Assembly (NCBI GenBank): GCA_023480925.1
Contig: JAMCWY010000009.1
Location: 1-21,079 of the forward strand
Direction: 5' to 3'
DNA: 21,079 nucleotides
From: Patescibacteria group bacterium
Lineage (GTDB): Bacteria > Patescibacteriota > Minisyncoccia > UBA6257 > HR35
Below the pieces are notes generated by a model, which was not told the origin of the DNA, did no database searches, and saw nothing but the letters and a program-made list of their open reading frames with translations. Shown piece after piece: positions 7,301-15,327 of this stretch. Positions within the stretch are counted from its first letter, which is position 1. Each line of letters begins with the position of its first letter. The translations under genes and the position numbers were made by a program.

Positions 7301-7838
7301 AGAAAAAATTATTTTGGAAGAAATGACTCGCGTCCGTCAGATCATCGCCGATGCCCTGGCTTTGCGCAAAAACTCTCGATTAAAAATTCGCCAGCCCCTT
7401 AGCGATATTTATTTAGCCGAAAAAATTAAAGCCGGCTATATCGATCTGATCAAAACCGAGATTCAGGTTAAAGAAATAAAATTCGGTCAAGGACCAAGAA
7501 ATGATGATTATTGTTGCGACCAGTCTAAAAATATTTGTTTAAACACGAAAATCACGCCCGCTCTCAGAGAAGAAGGAATCGTTAACGACATTATCAGAAT
7601 CATCCAAAGTTTGCGCCAAGAAGCCGAGCTGACGCCCCAGCGGCAAATTCGGATTAATTTAATCGGGCCGAAACAGCTTCAACTGATCGCCAACGCCAAC
7701 AACAAAAGAATCCTGGCGGAAACAAACTCAAACAATCTTAGTTTTAATTCTTTAATCCCGAAAAACAAAAAATTCTTAATTGAAAAAGAATTTGACTTCG
7801 ATCCGTTCGGTTTAGCCAAAATAAGTCTAAATCTTTAA
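4359..7838 (+). CDS. ileS: Isoleucyl-tRNA synthetase (type 2) carrying an internal histidine-phosphatase-like domain insertion
   Basis: IleRS motifs are present in order: PPTANGLPHTGH (HIGH), GWDTHGLPVEVE, TTTPWTLP and GSGIVHIAPAFGKDD (CP1 editing), DQTRGWF, KLSKSLGN (KMSKS) and WWLRRSRRRF. An insertion of about 200 aa at roughly residues 477-677 reads RHG / SSPLRRCRQTA / EIDTGKFNG / VSHQD. Confidence 0.9.
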   Translation: MFKNLNELEKKILKFWQSADIFEQSVKKRKGKKLFVFLEGPPTANGLPHTGHFLTRIYKDTILRFRTMKGDYAPRRAGWDTHGLPVEVEIEKKLGFKNKRDIVAYGVDKFIQKCKESVLFYKKDWEREDERMGFWIDHTHPYITYTYPYIESLWSILKKIYQQKLLIEENRVEPYCPRCATTLSQAEVGQVDAYKKVFDPSLWLKLKLKDREDEFVLVWTTTPWTLPANAALAVKPDLDYHLYQTDQGKIWSLRLPSQAEAEPIRIAKAKELIGLIYEPLYPNLNKQNRAIYKIYAADFLDANEGSGIVHIAPAFGKDDFELSQKHNLPPINPINENGCFELDQPKDLADRINGLFFKSADPIIIKDLEQRNLIFPAEPKEFKHDYPHCWRCHSPLIYYLSKNWVIKLSRVNKKLLANNDKINWIPAEIKNRFGQWLKEGKDWNLSRKRFWGTPLPIWRCDRCAQETVVGSLKELAVHFKAQNEYYFLRHGQALSNLKKIISSYPETFFNPLTRSGINQVKKTLAQIKKTKIDLVVSSPLRRCRQTAQIIAAELGLNKVIEFDLREIDTGKFNGGPVRDYENLFQNALDQYEKKPVNGENLEEVKRRTVKVVLELEKKYRGKKILLVSHQDPIRVLTAALTGQTNEQTIKEKKLNLGLAEFKKTNFLVLPRNEAGEIDLNRPFVDQFSWPCPCGGEKKRVSEVADVWFDSGSAPFAANHYPFENKDQIDSGKLLPIDFIVEGVDQTRGWFNSLLAVSTLIKNKPAYRNAIGVGFVTDKNGRKLSKSLGNYVPPAELIEKYGADLVRFYLFYLSEAGDQKKFNEADLLVLKRNYFDLILNILNFYRMYETGEKNQSNRPLKKTILDKWFETFLREKTIEIYQALNQFNPNKASRVLVEVVDNFSHWWLRRSRRRFQKPKNKTELLTGLKFLSNYLFQLAIVAAPLTPFLSEFLYQEIKSDQKKSKLSVHLEDFRQPEALKLKEKIILEEMTRVRQIIADALALRKNSRLKIRQPLSDIYLAEKIKAGYIDLIKTEIQVKEIKFGQGPRNDDYCCDQSKNICLNTKITPALREEGIVNDIIRIIQSLRQEAELTPQRQIRINLIGPKQLQLIANANNKRILAETNSNNLSFNSLIPKNKKFLIEKEFDFDPFGLAKISLNL

Positions 7839-7940
7839 TTAAAATCCAGCCTTCACGTTTCAAATCTTAAGATTTTGGCTAAGCGTAATCGAAGCCGACG
7901 ATAATAAAAATCGCGGTCAATCCAGAAATAAAGAACGGAT

Positions 7941-8282
7941 TTAACTTTTACTGGAGCAAAAACGGCAGGTTTCAATCGTTGGATCGATTTGTAAGCGGGC
8001 TGGTTCAATTTGTTTTTGGCACTTTAGACAAACGCCATAGATTCCTTTTTCGATCCGATCAAGGGCGTTATCAATTTGTTCCAGCCTTTTTTTGACAAAT
8101 TCGGTCTGGCTGAACGCCAAATCTTTTTCCTCGTAATGCTCGGCCGCGTCGGAAACTTCCGAAGTAATTTCCTCGCTCTCGTTTAAAACCGTGTTCTTTG
8201 TCTGCAACTCCTTTAAAACTAATTCGATCTCTTCTTTTTCTTTTAGTAACTTTTTTTTGATTTCGCTTAAGTTATCGCTCAT
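7941..8282 (-). CDS. DksA/TraR-family C4 zinc-finger protein
   Basis: An N-terminal coiled-coil is followed by CLKC-x17-CRFC, and the protein contains the typical ALDRIEKGIYGVC context. The start overlaps the upstream stop in an ATGA (8279-8282). Confidence 0.8.
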   Translation of the reverse strand: MSDNLSEIKKKLLKEKEEIELVLKELQTKNTVLNESEEITSEVSDAAEHYEEKDLAFSQTEFVKKRLEQIDNALDRIEKGIYGVCLKCQKQIEPARLQIDPTIETCRFCSSKS

Positions 8283-9886
8283 TTTAATTTTTTAATAATA
8301 TCTTCAAAACCGATCAAGACCGATGAAATGATTAATTTACCGTTGTCAATCGTCCAAATAAATTTGTAATCGTTGTCTTGGTAAGCAATACGATAATTAA
8401 CGCCAGTAAAAGTTTGGGTGACTAAATAATTGCGGGTAAAACTGCCCTGAGGCAAACCGAGATAAAGATTTGAAAAGTCTTGGAGAATCGTACTCTGATC
8501 CCAAAGACGCATAAACGGCACCGCGCCCAAGTCGTTATTTAAGTCAAAAATCAAGATCGGATATTTTCTCGTGTAAGTGTAATAAAAGATTATATCATAA
8601 TTACTGGAAAAGTAAGTCTTAAAATATTGAACGTACTTTGACTCAATAAAACTAGGCTGAATAAAGTAATCAATAACAATATTAGCTGGCAATTTTTCGC
8701 CCTGGTAGGTAAAATTAATCTCGTCAAGGCTGCCTTCTTTTTTCTGGAAAGCCAAAGCTTGTTGCCAAGCGGCCGCGAATGAATTTTGGTCGAGAGCGTT
8801 AACCGGAATTTGAATCGAAGGCAAACTTAAAGGAACGTAAGCGTTTGTGCCCTGAGGCGTAATCTCGGTCTGGCTGCCCGGAATAGGTTGATTCGCCGGC
8901 GGCGATTTCGGTTCCGCCGTTGAAGAAGTTGGCTGAACTGGTTGGGCTGGCTGAGATTGAACCGGCGGCGTTGTCTTAATCGACGAAGTTGAAATATTGA
9001 TCGTTGACGTGGCCGGAACCGGTTTGATTGACGTCGTTGAAGCCGAAGTCGTAGCCGAAACAGTCAAGGTTGTCGTCGGCGTTGAAGAAGCGACTGTTTT
9101 TAAAGTTGAAGTTGAACTGCTGGCGAGGTTAGGCGGAACGAAAACTGGTTTAACCACGTTTGTTTTGGACTGGCTTTTATTTAACTGATTATTGCCAGCC
9201 AATATTCGATTAAAAACTCCGGCCCGGTCTAAAATCAGACCGACAAAAATCAAAACAACCGCGCTCGCGAGCGGAATCCAAATAAATTTTTTGGTTAAAA
9301 ATTTTAGCGAAGGAATTTTTAACTTGAATCCGTGACCGTGACGAAGATGGAACGAAGGTAACCAGAAACTAGGAAAATGAAAACTTGGTAATTTAAAGTT
9401 AAAATGCCGCTGAGTTTTAGTTAGTTCAATTGGCCGCTCTTCCTTTATAATCGGTTCTACGGTTTTAGCCGGTTCTTCAGCCCTAACCGATTGAGACGGT
9501 TTAATCTGAGCCACTTCCGGTAGTTTTTCGTCGGACCGAGTTAAAAATAATTCTCCGGCTTCTTGGGTCGGCGGAGACGGCTCGATTGATTTTTCAAACG
9601 CACCCGAAACAGATTCAACCGGCTTAACCAAAACACTTGGCGGTTGCGGCTCGGGTCGGGGAAAATTGACCGGCCCTGAACCTTCAAAGACCTCGCTTTT
9701 GACGATCGGCTTGATTGGTTGAGACGGTGTCACTTTTGTCCGTTCAAGTTGAATTTTTTGACCTTCTGATTTTTCCGCCTGAGTGAAAGTTAAACTTTTG
9801 CTCTTAGCCGCTTCGTTTTTTAAATCATCATCCAGGGTCACAATTTTTAAATTAACTTCTAAGGGCTTCTTGTTTTGCTCTGACAT
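8279..9886 (-). CDS. Hypothetical single-pass membrane protein with Pro- and Ser/Thr-rich low-complexity regions
   Basis: The N-terminal region is Pro/Glu/Lys-rich and contains a PSFHFPSFWLPSFHL repeat. A TM helix (FIWIPLASAVVLIFVGLIL) follows, then a long S/T/P tract and a C-terminal globular region of about 200 aa. The start is set at the ATG at 9886 (MSEQNKK), which overlaps the pnp 3' end by 35 nt. GTG at 9841 is an alternative start. Confidence 0.6.
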   Translation of the reverse strand: MSEQNKKPLEVNLKIVTLDDDLKNEAAKSKSLTFTQAEKSEGQKIQLERTKVTPSQPIKPIVKSEVFEGSGPVNFPRPEPQPPSVLVKPVESVSGAFEKSIEPSPPTQEAGELFLTRSDEKLPEVAQIKPSQSVRAEEPAKTVEPIIKEERPIELTKTQRHFNFKLPSFHFPSFWLPSFHLRHGHGFKLKIPSLKFLTKKFIWIPLASAVVLIFVGLILDRAGVFNRILAGNNQLNKSQSKTNVVKPVFVPPNLASSSTSTLKTVASSTPTTTLTVSATTSASTTSIKPVPATSTINISTSSIKTTPPVQSQPAQPVQPTSSTAEPKSPPANQPIPGSQTEITPQGTNAYVPLSLPSIQIPVNALDQNSFAAAWQQALAFQKKEGSLDEINFTYQGEKLPANIVIDYFIQPSFIESKYVQYFKTYFSSNYDIIFYYTYTRKYPILIFDLNNDLGAVPFMRLWDQSTILQDFSNLYLGLPQGSFTRNYLVTQTFTGVNYRIAYQDNDYKFIWTIDNGKLIISSVLIGFEDIIKKLK

Positions 9887-11933
9887 CTTTAAGCGAAACT
9901 CGAATTTTGCCGTCGTCGGCAATACTCTTAATTACAAGCGTTAGGGTTTCGCCGACCTTGACCGCCTCGTTGGCATCCTTGATTCTTTTGTCTGACATTT
10001 CGGAAATATGAAGAAGGGCGGTTTTCTTCGGCGTAATTTCAACGATCGCGCCGAAATCCATAATTTTAACGACCGTTGCCTTAACAATCTGGCCCGGCTT
10101 TAAATCTTCGGTCATGTTTTTAATCCAAGCAACCGCCTCCTCCGCCTCCGCTTTTGTTTCAGCCGCGACAAAAACAACGCCGGTCGATTCGATATCGATC
10201 TTCGAATTTGTTTTTAAACTAATTTCTTGAATGGTCTTGCCGCCGGCGCCGATAACCAAACCGATCTTACTCGGATCAATCTGAAAAATTTCAACTACGG
10301 GCACGCCCGGCTTAAATTCTTTTCTCGGCTGACTAATAGCCCTTGCCATAAAAGCCAGAATTTCTTCGCGCGCCTTTTTCGCCTTAGCCAAAGCTTCTTC
10401 GATGATCGGTAAGATTAATCCATCAATCTTAACGTCAAGTTGAATCGCGCAAACGCCCGAACTCGTGCCGATAACTTTGAAATCCATATCGCCGTAAGCG
10501 TCTTCCGGCCCTTGGATGTCAACCAAAGTTTGATATTTTTTATCATTCTCGTAAATCAAACCAATACTGATCCCCGCGATTGGATTTTTTAACGGCACGC
10601 CCGCGTCGAAAAGCGACAAACTGCTGGCGCAAAGCGACGCCATCGAGGTTGAACCGTTCGAACTGAGACTGTCCGAAACAACTCTAATCATATAAGGAAA
10701 ATCCTCTTCGCCGGGCAGGAGCCGGACCAAACCTTTTTCAACCAAAGCGCCATGACCAATCTCTCTTCGGCCTGGCCCGCGCAAAGGTCCGGTTTCACCA
10801 ACCGAGTAGGGCGGAAAATTATAATGGTGGATAAATCTTTTCGTCCCCTCAAATTCAATTTCTTGGACAAACAACTCTTCCGTCGGAGCGGCCAAGGTCG
10901 TAACTGAGAGAATGTGGGTTAGGCCGCGTTTAAAAATGGCCGAACCGTGAGCGTTGGGCAAGACGTCTATCTCCGCCTCGAGCTTTCTGACTTGATCGAA
11001 TTGACGACCATCGATTCGTTCCGATTTTTCCAAAACTAATCTTTTAAATTCTTCTTCAATTAACTGATCCACGCCTTTTTTAATCTTGTTAAAATCGGCG
11101 CCGAGATTTTCTTTTTCCGCCTCGAGCTTTTCATTAATCGAACTTAAACTCAACTCGCCTTCTTTTTGTTTGGTTATAATTTTTTCTAAAGCGAAACCGT
11201 GATCAATTAAAAATTTTCTGCCCCCTTCGCTCAAATCTTCGACCGAAGCAAGTTTGACCCGGTTTTTGACGAAATGATCGGAAATTTCTCTCAAGCTTTT
11301 TGAAATTTTTTTTATTTCCGCTTCGCCTTTTTGACAAAGACTAAAAATATCCGCCTCAGCCGCCTCAGCCGCCTCGGCCTCAATCATATTAATTTTGTCT
11401 CGGCCGGCGACAACCAGCCAAATATCACTTTCTTTTTTTAAATTTTCCGACGGAAAAATTATCTCGCTGCCGCCGGTCTTGACTAAACTGACGCCGGCAA
11501 CTGGTCCACCCCATTCAAAACCAAGCAAATCGACAGCCAACGAACTCGCATTTAGAGCTAAAATCTCCGGCGAGTGGGCGGGGTCAAGCGACAAAACCGT
11601 GTTGATAATTTGGATATCTCGTCTTAAGTTTTTTAAGCCGGGCCGAATCGTCCGATCAATCAAGCGGCCGTTCAAAATCGCGGTTTGAGAAGGCCGGCCT
11701 TCGCGTCGAACAAAACGACTGCCGTAAATTTTGCCGGCGGCGTAAAATTTTTCTTCGTAATCAACGCTCAGAGGTAAAAAATCAATATCGCGCTCATCGG
11801 CCAAAACAACCGTTGTTAAAATAACGGTTTTGCCAAGTCGAACTAAAACCGATGCGCTCGCCCGGGCCGCCCAATCGTTAATTTCAATCTTAACCGGCTC
11901 ATTGCCAATCTTAATCTCAAATTGTTCCTTCAT
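9852..11933 (-). CDS. pnp: Polynucleotide phosphorylase
   Basis: The product has two RNase PH-like halves (ERIDGRQFDQVR), a KH domain (GAGGKTIQEI) and a C-terminal S1 domain (GQIVKATVVKIMDFGAIVEI). It is 693 aa. Confidence 0.95.
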   Translation of the reverse strand: MKEQFEIKIGNEPVKIEINDWAARASASVLVRLGKTVILTTVVLADERDIDFLPLSVDYEEKFYAAGKIYGSRFVRREGRPSQTAILNGRLIDRTIRPGLKNLRRDIQIINTVLSLDPAHSPEILALNASSLAVDLLGFEWGGPVAGVSLVKTGGSEIIFPSENLKKESDIWLVVAGRDKINMIEAEAAEAAEADIFSLCQKGEAEIKKISKSLREISDHFVKNRVKLASVEDLSEGGRKFLIDHGFALEKIITKQKEGELSLSSINEKLEAEKENLGADFNKIKKGVDQLIEEEFKRLVLEKSERIDGRQFDQVRKLEAEIDVLPNAHGSAIFKRGLTHILSVTTLAAPTEELFVQEIEFEGTKRFIHHYNFPPYSVGETGPLRGPGRREIGHGALVEKGLVRLLPGEEDFPYMIRVVSDSLSSNGSTSMASLCASSLSLFDAGVPLKNPIAGISIGLIYENDKKYQTLVDIQGPEDAYGDMDFKVIGTSSGVCAIQLDVKIDGLILPIIEEALAKAKKAREEILAFMARAISQPRKEFKPGVPVVEIFQIDPSKIGLVIGAGGKTIQEISLKTNSKIDIESTGVVFVAAETKAEAEEAVAWIKNMTEDLKPGQIVKATVVKIMDFGAIVEITPKKTALLHISEMSDKRIKDANEAVKVGETLTLVIKSIADDGKIRVSLKDVRAKQEALRS

Positions 11934-12445
11934 CTCTTCGATCTGATCAAAATCGAATCAGTTAATTCGTCCAAATCATAAAAAAAATCGACCCGCTCTT
12001 TAAGTTTAATTGAACTGTTGCGACCAAAACCAGCCGCCTCAACCTGAAGACCCTGGTTTTGAAGATACTCGACCAAGGGAATAAAATCGCCATCGCCGGT
12101 CGCGACGATAACGACATCAAGCAACTTTGAAACCCTAATCGCGTCAACGGCGATACCAACGTCCCAGTCGGCTTTTTTTTCGCCGCCGGGCATCGTGATT
12201 AAATCTTTAATCCGCAACTCAATTCCTTTTGAAACCAAAGCTTCAAAAAAAGAAATTTCTTTTTCGCTCAAATCTGATTTAATCACGTAAGCAATCGCTC
12301 GAATTTGCTGACGCGGACCCACGACCGACCGGACCAAACTGCCAAAATCAACATTGGCTTGATAAAAGTTGCGAGCGGAGTGGTAAATATTTTGGGTATC
12401 GATAAAAACACCGACACGTTGAGAAGGCGAAGCGAACTGATTCAT
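11930..12445 (-). CDS. NYN-domain (LabA/DUF88-like) predicted ribonuclease
   Basis: VGVFIDTQNIYHSARN and VATGDGDFIPLVEYLQNQG are typical of NYN/LabA PIN-like nucleases. ATGA overlaps occur at both ends, with rpsO (12442-12445) and with pnp (11930-11933). Confidence 0.75.
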   Translation of the reverse strand: MNQFASPSQRVGVFIDTQNIYHSARNFYQANVDFGSLVRSVVGPRQQIRAIAYVIKSDLSEKEISFFEALVSKGIELRIKDLITMPGGEKKADWDVGIAVDAIRVSKLLDVVIVATGDGDFIPLVEYLQNQGLQVEAAGFGRNSSIKLKERVDFFYDLDELTDSILIRSKR

Positions 12446-12705
12446 AATTTTAATTCCGAGACAATCTTTTTGTACCGTCCAACCGATTTTCTTTGGAGAT
12501 AGGTTAAAAGTTTTTTACGATGACCAACTTTTAAAATCAGGCCGCGCTTGGAATTTTGATCGCTGTGATTTTTTTGCAAATGATGCGTTAAATTTAAAAT
12601 CTCGTCGGTCAAAACCGCGATCTGAACCTCGACGCCGCCGGAATCATCTTGGCGATGACCGAATTTTTTGATCAAATCCTGAATTTTTTGTTTGCTCACG
12701 CTCAT
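12442..12705 (-). CDS. rpsO: 30S ribosomal protein S15
   Basis: The 87-aa product contains LTDEILNLTHHLQKNHSDQNSKRGLILKVGHRKKLLTYLQRK, the S15 signature. It sits in the classical position upstream of pnp. Confidence 0.9.
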   Translation of the reverse strand: MSVSKQKIQDLIKKFGHRQDDSGGVEVQIAVLTDEILNLTHHLQKNHSDQNSKRGLILKVGHRKKLLTYLQRKSVGRYKKIVSELKL

Positions 12706-12752
12706 GTTGTAAAATGGTTAAGTTGGATTAATTTAAGATTTAATTTTATATT

Positions 12753-12761
12753 ATTATAACA
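12753..12761 (-). promoter_or_regulatory. Extended -10 element for the rpsO operon
   Basis: The minus strand reads TGtTATAAT, about 47 nt upstream of the rpsO ATG. The implied -35 (TTGTTT) falls inside the first codons of the divergent recombinase gene. Confidence 0.45.
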
Positions 12762-12769
12762 CAGCTAAG

Positions 12770-13678
12770 ATGATTAAACAAGACGAAAAAAATCTTCTGA
12801 ACGACTTAATTTCACGATACTTGGCCGAACTCGACCTCAGCCGCGGCCGAAGTCCCGGCACAATCGCCAACTACCAAAAAAAACTTCTGGCCTTTGCCCA
12901 GTGGTTTGATTTTCAGCCGCCGGCCAAGATTAACAAGGAAACCATCTGGAATTTTCGCCTTTATCTCAATCAACGTAAACTTTCAAAAAAAACTCAATCG
13001 TACCACCTGATCGCCTTGCGCGGATTTTTAAAATTTCTCAATCAACTTGATTTTAATGTCATTGACCCGTTCCTAATCGAACTGCCGAAAATAACGGATC
13101 GGAAGATCGAAGTTTTGGATGAAAACGAGCTAAACCGTCTTCTCGGCGCGGCCGAGCCGAAAAATATCAAAGGGGCGCGGGATAAAGCTATTTTAGAAAC
13201 GTTCTTTAGTACCGGCTTGCGCCTAAGCGAGCTCCGCGGTCTCAATCGCGACCTTGATTTAAATAAAGGCGAAATCGTCGTCAAGGGCAAGGGCGGAAAA
13301 ATTCGAATTGTTTTTCTTTCCGATTCGGCCAAAACGAGTTTGAAAAAATATCTAAGCGCCCGAACCGACCAAAGTCCGGCCCTCTTTGTCAATCTGAGTA
13401 AAAATTCTCCGAGCCAACGTTTAAGCCCGAGAGCGATTGAAAAAATAATAAAATTTTACGCGGTCAAAGCCGGTCTTTTAAAAAAGGTCACGCCTCACCT
13501 TTTGCGTCATCAGTTCGCCACCGATCTCTTGGCCGCCGGCGCCGATCTTCGGGCGGTTCAGATGCTGCTTGGTCATAAGAACATTAACACGACCCAGGTC
13601 TACACTCACCTAACCGACAAAGCTCTCAAGGAAATTCATAAAACCTTTCATCATTCTCGCCGGCGACAACTAAAATAA
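12770..13678 (+). CDS. xerC: Tyrosine recombinase, XerC/XerD family
   Basis: An N-terminal SAM-like domain is followed by the catalytic residues in TGLRLSELRGL, HLLRHQFATDLL and LGHKNINTTQVYTH. I cannot distinguish XerC from XerD. Confidence 0.85.
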   Translation: MIKQDEKNLLNDLISRYLAELDLSRGRSPGTIANYQKKLLAFAQWFDFQPPAKINKETIWNFRLYLNQRKLSKKTQSYHLIALRGFLKFLNQLDFNVIDPFLIELPKITDRKIEVLDENELNRLLGAAEPKNIKGARDKAILETFFSTGLRLSELRGLNRDLDLNKGEIVVKGKGGKIRIVFLSDSAKTSLKKYLSARTDQSPALFVNLSKNSPSQRLSPRAIEKIIKFYAVKAGLLKKVTPHLLRHQFATDLLAAGADLRAVQMLLGHKNINTTQVYTHLTDKALKEIHKTFHHSRRRQLK

Positions 13679-13716
13679 AATTTAAAAATTTTTAAATTCC
13701 GGCAAAACTATCGCTT

Positions 13717-15327
13717 TTAATTATTTTTTGTTTCGCGCAAAAGTTTAATTAGAGTCGCAATTGACCAAAGTTGGACCGGTGAACCGGTTGATCGGCCCGT
13801 CGCCGCCTCGGCAATCTCGCTCGACCAGCCCAAACCGTAATTGGCCAAATCTTTAAGCGAGGCTTCGAAAATTTTATCAATATAAATTTTATACTTCAAC
13901 CGATTTAATTTTAAAAGAGCCAAAGCGGCCAAATTGTTCAGCCAGAACCAAGAATCGCCGCGATGATAACTGGCCGGGTTCTCGCCACTTGAGTAAGCTT
14001 GATAAAAAGAGGAATTTTTATTTAAACTGGTCAGACCGCCCCAGTCGGAAAAATTTGTTTCAATCAGCTGATCAAAAATTTCCTCCCAGTGAGTTTTTTG
14101 CAAAAGGGCCGGATAAATTAAATAAGCCCAAAAGAAGTTTGGCCGCTCCAATTCAATTTGATCGTAAGTTCGAGTGATTAAATTAGTTTTAATTCGGCGC
14201 TGATAAAATTTTCTTATTTTTTCCAAATTAGAATCGGCCAGACAAACGTTAATTTTCGTCAAAGCGTTCAAAAAAAGCGCGTCGATTTCGATCGCGGTCG
14301 GCCGATCAAGACTATCCATCCAAGTTTCCTTCGCCGCCAATCGAATTGAACCATTAATAAAAAAACGATCGAGCCAAAGCCGGCAATATTTTTTAAAGAC
14401 ATCGCCATTGGTCAGAATTAACTCCGCCGAGCTAACCAAGATTAAAAGCAGAAAAGTGTCGGCCGCGGCCAAACTGGCGTCAAGTTGATTTTTATCCCAA
14501 CCCGTTTCAATCCGGCTGATAGAATCAAATAAAATTTTATTTGGCTCGATCAAATCGGACGTGGCCCAAAGCGAAATCAACTCATCCCGCTGCCAAACTT
14601 GACCAAACCAAGGCAAACCGGCGATAAAATGTTTTTTTTGGAACAAGGCGGAGAGTCTTTTAAAAAGAAAGTCAATCTGACAATCAACTTTGGCCAAAGT
14701 CGGCCGAACCGGGGAAAAATCAATTGAGTCTAAAACTTTTTTGTTCGCGGAAAAAATTTTTAAATAATCAACACTGCCCTTAAAAGCGAAAAGGATGTAG
14801 TGAACGGCTGGTTGAGATTGGCGCTTGAGATCAAAGTCGTATTTTTTTTCCAGCCACTGATTAATCAATTTCAGCTGGCCTTGATATGAAACGGTTAAAT
14901 CTAAATTCCAATTCTCTTCCTTTTGGTCAAAACTAATTTGATAACCATTAGCGATCGGCAGAAAAAAATAAACGTTGCCGACGATAATATTGGAATAAAT
15001 TTTTCTTAAATCAAGATAAATTTCAACCGCGCTATTTTTGCTGAAACTTAACTCCAAGCCCTGATCGTCCAACTTGATTTTTAGAACGAAACTTTGGCAA
15101 AACAATGTCGCCTGGTTCGGGCCCTCGATTCTGACTGCCCGAACCGGTTCAGCCAAGACAATTGAATCAATCAGTCGAAAAATTTCCGTTTCGGTTTTGA
15201 GCCAATAGCCAAAATAGCGACTAGCCTGACCAAGACCGTCGATAAACCAGTGATTGTTTTTTACCAAAACCAAGATTGGCTCATCGACCGAAACTTCTTC
15301 ATTAAGTTCGTTCAACTCAACCTTCAT
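13717..15327 (-). CDS. Amylo-alpha-1,6-glucosidase / glycogen debranching enzyme (GDE_C-type six-hairpin glycosidase)
   Basis: The C-terminal motifs YHRGDSWFWLNNLAALALL and STGSPVQLWSIATLIKLL are typical of the GDE C-terminal family. The start is set at the ATG at 15327 (MKVELNEL). The longer ORF-track start at 15516 would overlap the upstream gene by 200 nt. Confidence 0.7.
   Translation of the reverse strand: MKVELNELNEEVSVDEPILVLVKNNHWFIDGLGQASRYFGYWLKTETEIFRLIDSIVLAEPVRAVRIEGPNQATLFCQSFVLKIKLDDQGLELSFSKNSAVEIYLDLRKIYSNIIVGNVYFFLPIANGYQISFDQKEENWNLDLTVSYQGQLKLINQWLEKKYDFDLKRQSQPAVHYILFAFKGSVDYLKIFSANKKVLDSIDFSPVRPTLAKVDCQIDFLFKRLSALFQKKHFIAGLPWFGQVWQRDELISLWATSDLIEPNKILFDSISRIETGWDKNQLDASLAAADTFLLLILVSSAELILTNGDVFKKYCRLWLDRFFINGSIRLAAKETWMDSLDRPTAIEIDALFLNALTKINVCLADSNLEKIRKFYQRRIKTNLITRTYDQIELERPNFFWAYLIYPALLQKTHWEEIFDQLIETNFSDWGGLTSLNKNSSFYQAYSSGENPASYHRGDSWFWLNNLAALALLKLNRLKYKIYIDKIFEASLKDLANYGLGWSSEIAEAATGRSTGSPVQLWSIATLIKLLRETKNN

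Noticed and set aside
9887-9922. Upstream ATG start (MPTTAKFEF..) for the membrane protein
   Set aside because: It would overlap pnp by 71 nt. The ATG at 9886 is more economical, although the true start remains uncertain.
11351-11377. 9-bp tandem repeat (ccgcctcag x2, then ccgcctcgg)
   Set aside because: It lies inside pnp and simply encodes an EAEAAEAAEA linker. It has no independent structure or array-like context.
12770-13678. Tyrosine recombinase as a marker of an integrated mobile element
   Set aside because: I saw no flanking direct or inverted repeats, no phage, transposon or cargo genes, and no adjacent tRNA attachment site. It is flanked by the rpsO operon and the glucan operon. 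A chromosomal Xer-type dimer-resolution recombinase is the simpler reading.
13679-13698. Perfect 20-nt AT-only palindrome (aatttaaaaatttttaaatt) between the convergent xerC-family and debranching-enzyme genes
   Set aside because: It could act as a bidirectional terminator. However, an all-A/T stem is thermodynamically weak, and such palindromes arise easily in AT-rich spacers. It is not reported as a feature.
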